Notes under the pieces: generated by a model | What the model was told of the DNA's origin: nothing | Database searches by the model: none | What the model saw: only the letters and a program-made list of their open reading frames with translations | Translations under genes and position numbers: made by a program | In this document: one piece after another, positions 1 through 11,600 of the stretch | Layout: every line of letters begins with the position of its first letter | How positions within the stretch are numbered: the stretch's first letter is position 1 | From: Owenia fusiformis | Lineage: Eukaryota | Direction of reading: 5' to 3' | NCBI GenBank assembly: GCA_903813345.2 | Contig: CAIIXF020000001.1 | Coordinates: forward strand, 35,154,001 to 35,218,000 | Length of the DNA stretch: 64,000 bases

Positions 1-34
1 TGTAAAAGTGAATGATATACTTACATGTATTTAG

Positions 35-154
35 AAAATGCAACACCAGAAAATGTAACAACAGAGAGTACAACATCAGAGAATTCAACAACAGAAAATG
101 TAATAACAGAGAGTACAACACTTGAGACTACAATAGCACCAACCATCAACAGAA
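35..154 (+). CDS. Thr/Glu/Ser-rich mucin-like stalk exon (copy 1) of the Ig-domain gene
   Basis: tttag|AAAATG...AACAGAA|gtgaga; 120 nt, phase 1-1; ENATPENVTTESTTSENSTTENVITESTTLETTIAPTINR; paralogous to 1634-1990. Confidence 0.7.
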
Positions 155-564
155 GTGAGACAAATATATCCTTACTTGCTTATTAAATTACTAGAATGTC
201 CTTATGATTGTCCTGCTGTCAAAAATCATGACAATACACTTTGATAATAAAACATATCTACAATAACATGTAGATGGTCAAATTAGCGAGCATAATTTAT
301 TACTCAAACATGAACAGGATGCCTACATTTTGAGTGACTTATAACTACTATGAATTTCCATAGCTTCAATGCTAATATTGGTTAATAACAAGTTAATTCA
401 GCTTGCTCCATAGCCAAATGCTGATTTATTATCAAATGCTTCTGAACCAATTCAATTCAGAAATGGTTTTTGGGACAGATAATGGCAGTATTTAATAACC
501 TTGCATTAAAATAAAATAATAATAATGACCGTTTCAAGCATGTTGATGCCTTAATATTTTATAG

Positions 565-692
565 AGCATCATGAGTTTCGCCGTAAACACTGGCTGCCAT
601 ACTTTAAAGATAATACTCCAAGCAATACCTCTGTTGATTTGGGTGGACGAGCAAAATTAACATGTCATGTGGGGATTCTAGGAACCAGAACT
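565..692 (+). CDS. Ig domain N-half exon (Dpr/zig-8-like)
   Basis: ttttatag acceptor, gtaagt donor; HHEFRRKHWLPYFKDNTPSNTSVDLGGRAKLTCHVGILGTRT carries the B-strand Cys; phase 1-0 joins 968. Confidence 0.85.
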
Positions 693-967
693 GTAAGTGT
701 GGGATTCCACTAATGTTTGCTTCTAGTAAAGATTATGCATAACAACACAAAAAGTGTTCAATGAAAAATGGATATTCACTACAGAATGTTTTTTTAACAT
801 GGTGACAGATATGGTGTTTACTTGAGACAGGTGTTCACTGAGACAGGTTTTCTTGCATGAATAAATCAATCATTTATCAATAATTTCTAATGCATTTCTT
901 CATCTGATAATATATATTTAAGCTAACCACAATGTATCCTTGTTGTTTCTTATTGGCGATTGTCTAG

Positions 968-1178
968 GTGATTTGGAAACGAAGTTCTGACAATGTTCTT
1001 CTTACTGTTGGCTTGTTCACATTTGTCTACGATGAAAGGATAAGAGCTGAGCATAACCCAGGGTCAAATGAATCGAGTCTAATTATTGAAAATGCAAAAT
1101 TATCAGATGATGGAATCTATGAGTGTCGAGTCAGTTCAAAAACACCAGTAGTATGGAAAGTCAGATTAACTGTACAAG
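968..1178 (+). CDS. Ig domain C-half exon (Dpr/zig-8-like)
   Basis: ctag|GTG...CAAG|gtgagc; VIWKRSSDNVLLTVGLFTFVYDERI...LIIENAKLSDDGIYECRVSS..VRLTVQ. Has the C-strand Trp, DxGxYxC, and an LTVG..T...D.R motif typical of Dpr-family Ig1. Confidence 0.88.
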
Positions 1179-1633
1179 GTGAGCTGAATTTACTTCACAA
1201 ATATCTTTCATTGTGTGTCCAGTAAAATAGATCAAAATGTATAAATATGTATGATATACAATGTATAAACTTACGGATGAATTCATATTTATGGAGAATG
1301 TACATTAGGGTATTAACTCCATGTATCCTACTGACTGGATAAATTTAAAGAAATTCTTTCAGAATATCCTAATCTGACTTAAACTATTAATATAAATTGT
1401 GCAAATCAAATCAAATTTCTTAACATATTTTAAATGTGTAGGATCAGAGTTGACTTGGAACCTGAGTTATCCAGTTACCAATATAGGGTTCAGAACCTTG
1501 CACATTTGATCAATACATTACAAGATGTAAAAAGGTGTTCAAACACAAAAAAAATATTTTTGAAAATGATTTAAAAAGTATCAGGTGAATCATCTCTGCT
1601 GTAAAAGTGAATGATATACTTACATGTATTTAG

Positions 1634-1990
1634 AAAATGCAACACCAGAAAATGTAACAACAGAGAGTACAACATCAGAATCAAGAAGAAAAGAAAATGT
1701 AACCGCAGAGAGTACAACAACAGAGATTACAACATCAGAATCAAGAAGAAAAGAAAATGTAACCGCAGAGAGTACATCAACAGAGATTACAACATCAGAA
1801 TCAAGAAGAAAAGAAAATGTAACAGCAGAGAGTACAACAACAGAGATTACAACATCAGAATCAAGAAGAAAAGAAAATGTAACAGCAGAGAGTACAACAA
1901 CAGAGATTACAACATCAGAATCAAGAAGAAAAGAAAATGTAACAGAGAGTACAACACCAGAAACTGCAACAGCACCAACCATCAACAACA
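1634..1990 (+). CDS. Mucin-like stalk exon (copy 2) with 60-bp tandem repeats
   Basis: tttag acceptor, gtgaga donor; 357 nt, phase 1-1; about 4.5 copies of TTSESRRKENVTAESTTTEI. Confidence 0.7.
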
Positions 1991-2554
1991 GTGAGACAAA
2001 TATATCCTTATTTGGTTATTAAATCAATAGAATGTCCCATAATCCTGTCATGACCATATTAATGAATGTGATCGCTGCGTTATCTTAATTGGTCAATTTT
2101 AGGTTTTACACATTCTCACTGTGACTAGGGTCAGAGTTGAATTGGGCTGTGAGTTAACTTGAGTTACCAATTATGGTTTAGAACCCTGCACATTTGAACA
2201 AATCATTACAAGATGTAAAAAAAATAAATGAGCCAAAGCAAAAAGTATTCAAGCACAAAACAAAACATTTTTGAAAATGATTTGAAAAGCATAAGGTGTA
2301 TCATCTCTGCTAAAGAACAAATAAAAAATCTAATCAAAATATAGATGAAGTGGGTACTAGTATTTAACCTGTACACATAGTTAGAAGCATGACAATGGTT
2401 CTACACAATGATATTGTATCTATCATATTATGAGAATTGATTTTGAGCAAACTTATAATATACCACATTTTTATTCTAACTGAAATGAAAAAATCCAAAA
2501 TATATCACAATTTCATGATTTTCAAAGTTCTCAACTGGTTGCCATCGGAATTAC

Positions 2555-2672
2555 CTGTAAGGGCAGCATGGACCAGGCTTGTTCATTCCTTATCTTTTTG
2601 TCCACAAGGTCACCTGAAGCAATGCTATCTGCAGTCTTACTTAGTAAATCTAACTGTTTCTTGATGTCTCCT
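2555..2672 (-). CDS. RFC1: RFC1 exon (C-terminal domain)
   Basis: [39 protein letters not shown]; ag/gtaatt. Confidence 0.93.
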
Positions 2673-5600
2673 CTGTAAAGAGTATTTACATTTAGCAGGA
2701 ATATACATGGGAATTGTAAACTTGTAAACAAGGCATTACCATCACAGGCTGTTACAAGTTACAACTAGACAACAGCAACACCAAAGCGTAGCAAATCCCA
2801 TCGAACAGCTATGGCTTTCATTTTTACAAACAAAGTATATAGCAAAAATGGCAGCCATTTTTCAAAATGACCACCTTCTACCAAAAGTGTCATAAGAAAG
2901 TATGTCATGCTTATAGTATTCACATACCAAATATGAACAAAATCGCTCCGCTACTTTTCGAGTTATAGTAAAATACGTTAAAATGGCGGCCATTTTGAAA
3001 AATGGCTGCCTTCTACCAAAAGTGTCATTAGACAGTGTGCCATGCTTATAGTATTCACATACAAAATATGAACAAAATCGCTGCACTACTTTTCGAGTTA
3101 TAGCAAAAATCTTTTCAAGATGGCTGCCATGTGCTTCTTTAATATCTACATTTCTAGCTTTATCAATGTCTTATATAATTTTTTACATTTAATACAGCTA
3201 TTAGCTATTACAGCTATTACAGTTTTACATATTGTATCTAAATTACTGTATAATCTGCTCTAAAATGCCGCCATTTTTGAATGAGCCGCCATTTTGAAAA
3301 TCGGCTTTCGAGCAGAACTTCTACCCCCATAGGGCATATGTTTACAAAATATGAACAAAATCGGGCCAACGGTATTTGAGTAATTGCCCAGACAGACGGA
3401 TGGACTTACATACAGACGGAGGCATTCCCTATATCCCTCCGAACTTCGTTCGATGGGATAATTATGGTTAAAAAATGTAACAATTGTTACAGAAACCAAA
3501 CAGAAATCAAATGCATAGATTGTTACTCCTTTTTAGATTTTATGGAATTGAACTTGTTAAGCACTTAATTTAAACATTTATTTCTATTCACAAAAAAACA
3601 ATTCCAACGCAAGACAGATGAAAAAATGTCCTTACCTTGCAGCAAAAGCGTTTGCAGTAATGTAATTTTCTTGTACAAAAAGAGGAGCTATATTATAGTC
3701 ATGGAAGAATAGATCTGACTTGTCATTCAGACTCATGCTCTGATGATCTTGATTAGAGAAAACCTTCCTACACACTTCAAATGGACCCTACAATATGATT
3801 AACATATTTTCATTATCATGAATATAGAATTTCATTTAATGATGGAGAAATGTCTATTGATTTGTAATGGGTCTAATGGATAGTGCAATTATTTTTCATC
3901 AGTGTAGATTTTTTAAAATATTAAAAGAGATTGTATCCAACATTGGAAATTGTGCATAACATTCTTGTCCTTCAAGGGCCTCCTTTCTAAATGATGTAAT
4001 TCTAACACGAATTGACACACCTCTTTATACTAACAGACCATTGCAACTAAAATATAAATATATTTAGATGAATATATTTAGTTGCTTTTAGTTGATTTTC
4101 AGTTGCACAAGTTTAGTGTTAATTAAGATAACCTACCAATTTAAGATCTTTTTGAGCCTTCTTGGCATCTGATTTGATTTGTTCATTGCTTAGTGCCTTC
4201 TCTTTTGCACTCCACATCTCAAGGTTGTGCAAGACCTACAAACCATATAAGGGAAGATAAATGTTGTTAACTGAACTAATTATTCTAATTGGAACATTGG
4301 TAATACAAAAAAAAACTGCATGAATGTACCTGTACATGTAGGTGTGATTCTCTATATTATTAGTGTATACATGTATGCCTTGTCAACTGATGTCACCTCA
4401 AAATGTCACACAAGTCCAGAATATAAATGGATCAATAAAATTTATTTCAAATTTTTCTGTCATTTTCAGATCCATCTGACTAACCTGTCTAACATCATGG
4501 TTGGAAGCTTCTATAACTTCATTCATTGCGGGTGGAGGAATCTTCAACTTCTCTCTGTATGCAATGGTCATCATAGCAGCCTGGAGTGGAAAAGGGGGAC
4601 ATTGTGTGTGATTATGAACTACAACATTACAACAACTATGAGGTGTAAAAAAGGAGTAGCAGATAATTTAAATTTCCCATTCTGTAAAATTACATTTTTT
4701 GTTCTTGGTATCTTGGTTTGCTTAATAAATCGATTGAAAATGATATTGTACCTTGATTTGTTCTACTCTGGGTCTCTGGAACCTTAGGTCAAAGCAATAG
4801 TTGACTAGAGATCTGATCTTGGGATGCTGTCTGTCATTGCACATACAAATTATTGGGATTTTGGTGCTCTTAATCAAGCCAATGAGTTCCTGAAAGCAAA
4901 CAAGCATAGTGGTAGGCAATGTGGATTGGTTCCCAATATTATATAAACCACGAACCATATCTGTTGGTCAATCAAACCCACTAGCCACACTAACTGAGCT
5001 ACAGTGTATGGGCTGCCTGCCAAACCTCAAACATTTAACAATAACAGCTGGATGTTTTAATAGGGATATTTCCATAATTCAAATTCATTTTTATATTTCT
5101 GAGTAATGAATCGTTGAGAATGAATAGAGTTTATCATTTATTTGAAGAAATGAAGATTTCCACACCTAGGTAATTGTGAGACAACATTCCTGAAACATAC
5201 ATACTAACCTGCATTCCCCCTCTGTCCTCATTACCAGCCATCCCATCGACTTCATCCATAAGCAGTGCATGCTTAGATCCTATCTCATGGCTACTCTTCA
5301 CCTTACCTGGAATAATAAGGCATTATCATGCAAAATGAAGTAACTTGTCACACCTGCCATTTGTTACAGATGCTGACCGCCGAACACCATCCCCAAAATG
5401 TTGGAGACTTCACCATTTTTGTTGGTGACATAAAAAGCACAAGTTCATGCATGTACTTTAACACAAGCAATCTTAAACTTTGATCAGCATTTGCACAGGA
5501 TGTATACAACTATTATTCAGATATATCATTGTCACTGCTCAAAGACAATACCCTAAACCTATAGTTTACATATAGATAAATGAAACATACCCGAAGTAGA

Positions 5601-8600
5601 GAAGTAATCCATGAGAGTGTGGTTATTCAGTGCTTCTGCTACTTCTGACTGTAGACTCTTCTTAGATCTGGTATCAGAGGCATTCAACTCAACATAAGTG
5701 AAACCCGCTTCCTGGAAACAAGAATAATTTTTAAATTGTAATGAGCTATAAATCAAAAGTACGACTCATTCATTTCATACTTTATCATGTAAACTGTGCT
5801 GAAATAAAACAAGGTACACAACTGTCACTTTAAAATCAAAATGGCCATTTTAAATTTCCCTTGTATGTAAGCAACATCTCTTACTATTGGAAATTAATCT
5901 GTCAGTCAATTTCTCTGTAAATGAGTAGACTAGAAAAGTGAGATGGGATGGTATTGGGTGAAGTCCCACAGTTGCATGAAATCGATGGAGCATGAAAGTA
6001 ATATGATTATGTAAAACATACAAACGTACCTGACAGACGAGTGTGGCTGATGTAGTCTTGCCAATTCCAGGGGGCCCTGACAATAAGGCAGCCCTGTACC
6101 CCCTCCCATCCTCACCCCACTTGCTGGGTCCAGTCTTTGCCTTACCCTCCCCACAATATTTATGCCAGTCACGCAACCAATTAAATAATTTCTTTGCATT
6201 AGATTTGTCACCTTGTTGTCCTATAATACTTTTAAGTGAAGTTGGTTTATATTTATCTACCCATAAGAGTGTGGGCCCTGATTGGTCAGATTGTTCTTGA
6301 GAATTTACTGTCCTACTTGATGATTGGCTATCCTGGCTTGAAGTTGCTTGTGTAAGGCGTTCTGATTGGCTATCATATTTTGATGAAGTCTGTGATAAGC
6401 GTTCTGATTGGCTGTCAAACTTTGAAATTTTTGGTGAAGATTTGGCTGAATTCAGTGATGCCTTAACCTGCAATTAAAATTGTCAATATAGTGATTCACA
6501 AATACAGTATATGTATTGTTAGTACCTCACCACAAATACTGAATATTTACTTATGAAAGAGCCAGCAATAATTTTTATTAATGATGGAGCAATGCATTGC
6601 TGATTATATATGACATGCTCTATGACTTAAATGGCAGACTGCCAGTAATTACCTCCTTCTCAGCCATGATTTCATATTTCGACTTTTTACCAGGTTTGGA
6701 CCGGATCAGATCTAAGACTCCATCCTCATCCAGAATTTCAGTTTTAAACTGTTCAGCCTGAAACACATGTTTGATGAACCTTACTTACAGGGGAAAATGG
6801 GAAATGGAGTTGCCCACAAACAAAATTAATTATGTTTTGGGGAGCATTGAGTGTATATCTTTAGAGAAGCAACTGATTAAGCACATATACCTTAGACATT
6901 TTGGCTGTTCCTGCATCCCTCCCTGCTACGACATATGTTGTCTTCTTACTAACATTCCCAGTGACCTTGCCACCAAAGCGTTCTATGATACTCTTCAGGT
7001 CATCTCTTTCAAATGACTCCAGCACCCCTGTGATGACAAACGTCAGCCCTTCAAGGCAGTTAGCACCTCCCTGGAGCGGAGGCAAAATCACCATAAATAG
7101 GCATGTAGGATATGCTATATATATGGACACAATCTTAGAATATTACCATATATAGTAGTGCAGAAATAACATTACTATAAACAGCAATGTTGAAACAATG
7201 TTAACATAAGGCTATGGTGAGACAATTTTACCTTCCAGACATTGTTTACTAGATTATAGAACATATTAGCATATATGGCATTGGCAACGTAAAAGAAATA
7301 TTAAGCAAATATTTCATTCTATGGAGGGCAATACCTGTTCATCTTTCAATGATTTTGCAGCATGTATTGCCCGCAGCCTGAAGGGTGAGGGAAATACATG
7401 CTGCAAAAATCATTGAAAGTGCAACAGGTATTGCCCGAACATAGAGTGAAATATTTGTTGTATTTTATCATTGCTAGACATTCGCTAACTTTGCAGACTG
7501 GTACGCTTGTAATATTCCCCATCCTTCGTTCGCAGTTCAAGAAAAAAATCCTCTAAAATTCCATCCAGAACAATTTTATCGATACATTTAACGTCTATTT
7601 CGATATCTTTTTCGTCCACATAACACTTGAAAATGTTCCAAGACTTTTCCGTTGATTTAATGGTGTTTTTAGAATGCACATCCCTCAAGATGTCGTTCTT
7701 TTCATTGGAATTCAGACTTTTAAATCTTTTTCCGTCTGCCATTTTAATGCACGTCACAACTGTACTGGACGAAACGGGACGATTCAGAATTCCCGGGCGG
7801 GCAATACACCAGGTAATACGTCTTTTATAATTCAAAAATTAAGGGAGCTGTGAAATACGCTTTGGTATTTTTGATCATATGGTACTGGATCAGCCAATCA
7901 AAGGACACAAATTCTAACAATGATATAATAATACAATTTACCCCACAATGACAACAAGCAGTTACATTTCTGATATCATATCCAATATTTTTCTAAAATC
8001 ATTATTAGACACATGTGCATTTATGAATTAAATACCATTATCAGACACATTTGCAAATTATATGAAACTCATTAACTTTGATCACTTGGCTCTATATAAG
8101 ATCTAAATTCATTGATAAAAATTATATCACTCGAAGTTGAAACACTCTGATACTCTACATACATACAGGGTGGTCCAAAAAAATGGGACACTCGTATTTC
8201 AAAAATAAACAATGATTGTATTTACGAAAACATGTCATATTATATACCAGTGGATAGGGAATTTACTTTTCTTTAATTTGGTATATCATAAGTTCAAATT
8301 TATTGTAATACATGTCAACCAGTGTCCATAATACAAAAAATGATGTCATTTTCGTTTCAAAACGGGTTTTCAAAAACTTGCAAAACAAGTTTTTTGTCCA
8401 CAGAAATAGATGTTCAATGTGTCCTCCATTTTGATCTTTGATCAATTATAGCCCCCAATATTGGCCTAAACTGATCAGTAGCATCAATGATATGCTGTTG
8501 AGACAGTGAATTCCACTTCTCAACAATTCTGTCCTTTAGGGACTGAAAAGATGTAATGAGTTCATGATACACTCCCCATACGTGGCAGTCGCAGAAGTTG

Positions 8601-11600
8601 GCATCAGGTGATCTGGGGGGCTAGTGATAAGGGGGTATGAATTGAGGCACATTCTCCTTTAAATATTTTACTGTCTTGTGGGATCTATTGTCTGGAGCCC
8701 CTTCTTGTTGGAAAATGTAATTAACAGAATATGAGATTAGGAATAAGTCCTCAGTGCAGTGAATCATCCCCCTTAATTTCCCCCTCAAACAAGAGCACCT
8801 AATGCTAACTTCTGCGACTACCACGTATGAGGAGAACTAACAGATCAATGATAATATCAACAAGTTTATGCCAAGATTGAGGGCTATATTTGATCAGAAT
8901 AGTGGACATATTGAACTTCTGTTTATGTTGACAAAAAATTGATTTTTAAAAGCTTTTGAAAAACCGTTTTGAAACAAAAATGATGTCATTTGAATTATGG
9001 TGGATAGGCATTATAAAAATTTGAACTTATGACATACCAAATTAAAGATAAGTAAATTCCCTATCCACTGGTATATAATATGATACGTTTTTATTAATAA
9101 TATCAATTTTTTTTTTGAAATATGAGTGTCCCACACTGAGACGATCTGGTCATACCAGTTTCCCACAATATCACACAATTTCGAGCATGTACATTTGAAA
9201 CTTACCTCAGGAACCTCTTTAGAGCCCAAAGAGCGAGGCCCCTCACGGGTTAAGTAAGACCTATAGCTAGCTCCTCTTTGCAGTGAAGAAGGGGTGCCCT
9301 CATCTGGCTTCTGGAAATTCATTTAACATTTAGAGTAGGGTTAATAAATCAGTATTTCCCCCTCATATGAAACCTTCACTGTTGATTTGAAGGTATCACA
9401 ACAATTGAAATACATGTGTACCAAACATTCAAACATGACTGTATCCACGTCTTCTATAAACCGTGAACAAGTCAATATTTCATCCGGTATTTATTCGTTG
9501 ATACATTACCTTGTCTGTACTAAGTGTTTCGTTCACTGCACTGATAGTAGGAAATGGAAGTGATGATTTTGCAAAATCCATTCAGTCATTCAGGATACAG
9601 AAAATGTTTGTGCCTAGCCCTGCAGTATTTATTCTTCAATACAATACCTGCACTCCGGTCTATATTTCTTAAATTCTGTACAAACACAAGGAAATAGTCA
9701 GTTCTTGTTTATTTTTCAAATTGCATTTAGTCTTACAGGTCTCTCCTGATGCCTTCCCTCCAGCTATTGCCAAACCAATTGGAGAAGGAGCGGGGAATTA
9801 ATCAAGGAACTTGACGTGGGACTATGATTCTCAGACAAGTGAGAGTCTTATATATGCAGGTACATGTATATGTAATGATAAAGCAGATGCAGCAGTCTAC
9901 AATGTCTAAGGTCCTGCATATTACTTCAAAGCAATCCATGTACAATTCCATTATGATTATATACTTACTTGTTTTGAAACAGGGGTGTCTTCAGCAAGCA
10001 CCTGCACGTTGATGTCCTTAACTGGAGTCTTCTTGGGAGTTTTGGCTTTAGGTGTATCCACTACAAGGCTTTTACTGGCTTTGGCTTTAGATGAGAGTTT
10101 ACTGGAAAGACTGCTTGAAGAATCACTAGCTAAAACATGAACAGATTGATACAATTACTTGTTAATATTTAGATAACATTTTAAATGCTTTACTTGAAAT
10201 GTACTTTCTTGTAAATACAGATACAAGTATAGGGCCCGCTCTTTCTCCCTCTTTGCTAGTTTGAAGGCATTAAATGATATGATCAAAATATTGTAAACTG
10301 ATAAAATGATCTTAAATATGTATAAATGTAAAATAATGAAGTAAAACTTGAAAAACAAGCTCACAACTTACTTTTTGGTGTTCTCCTGGGAGATGATCTG
10401 ATTGGTTGACTGAGGGTTGGAGTTGATGACCTTGAACTTTGTGAATCTCTTGAAGGTCGTCTTGGTGATGACCTAACAGGAGTTAAATGGCTTTTTTGTG
10501 GAGTCTTTTTATCAGGTATGGAAGAACTTGGAGAAGAGTATGAAGTTTCAAGGGATTTCTTTTTAGGTGTTTTACTTAAATTTGATTGTTTTTCTGGTGA
10601 TGGTTTAAATTCTGATATTTGTTTCCTTGGAGAAGATCTAGATTCACTGGGCTGTTTTGTAGGTGATGATTTAGATTCAGAGGGTTGCTTTTTAGGTGAT
10701 GATTTAGATTCAGAGGGTTGCTTTTTAGGTGATGATTTAGATTCAGAGGGTTGCTTTTTAGGTGATGATTTAGATTCAGAGGGTTGCTTTTTAGGTGATG
10801 ATTTAGATTCAGAGGGTTGCTTTTTAGGTGATGATTTAGATTCAGAGGGTTGCTTTTTTGTGGATTCTTTAGAAGGAGGGGTATCAGGAATAATATCTTC
10901 ATCTGGCTCAGTCTTTGCCTAAAATATATATATTTAAATTATCTTTACAGGCTTGAAATATGAAACTGAAACTTGTGCTTGTTATACGAAAGCAAAAGTT
11001 ATGTCTCAATATAGGTATTCTCTATTCTTCAGATTAAATATGAGGCAGAGGCACGGATTTAGACAGACTTCATGATTGTAGCATTATACCTTCATGAAAA
11101 TAATAAATCAAAACTATCATTTATAAACATATTTCAAATGAGGCACCTCCATTTTGGTGCCATTGTTATTTAAAATTCTAAGAGAATCACTTTGTATTGG
11201 TAGATAAACAATGACTTGTCACATTAATGTTAACAACTATTCTTTCCAACTGATTTCAAAAACTGACCTTTTTAGCCTTTTGTTCCATTTCATCAATGAG
11301 GGCCAATGTTTCAGCGAAATCATCATCACTGTGCATTTCCATTTCATAATGTATATCAGAAATACCATTGTTCTTTGAGTCACGGGCTTTAGTTGCATCC
11401 TACAAAACAATCATATAAACATGATAATTGTAGCTACTTTCTAAACTATATCAATTACAAATGTTTTTTCTTTGATGAAGTATGAATTAATTCAACAATG
11501 TCCAAAAGATTATTCCATAAAACTACTAAAATGCCTTGAGATATGGTATTTTTCATTGACTAATTCCTGGGAAACAAAAAACTTTGCTTCTGTAATTTCA

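Noticed and set aside
1611..1994. Alternative-frame ORFs 1611-1994 (+, K/R/C-rich) and 1620-1988 (-, hydrophobic)
   Set aside because: By-products of a stop-free 60-bp repeat; splice phase supports the T/E/S frame.
2862..3499. Short 'KMAAI' ORFs here and at 16593, 32706-33213, 43788 and 62169
   Set aside because: Translations of the AAAATGGCGGCCATTTT motif in non-coding Helentron-like repeats.
4320..4787. 155-aa plus-strand ORF
   Set aside because: Antisense to RFC1 exons and introns, with no recognisable motif.
10518..10922. ORFs 10518-10922 (+) and 10576-10902 (-)
   Set aside because: Shadow frames of the RFC1 33-bp repeat exon.
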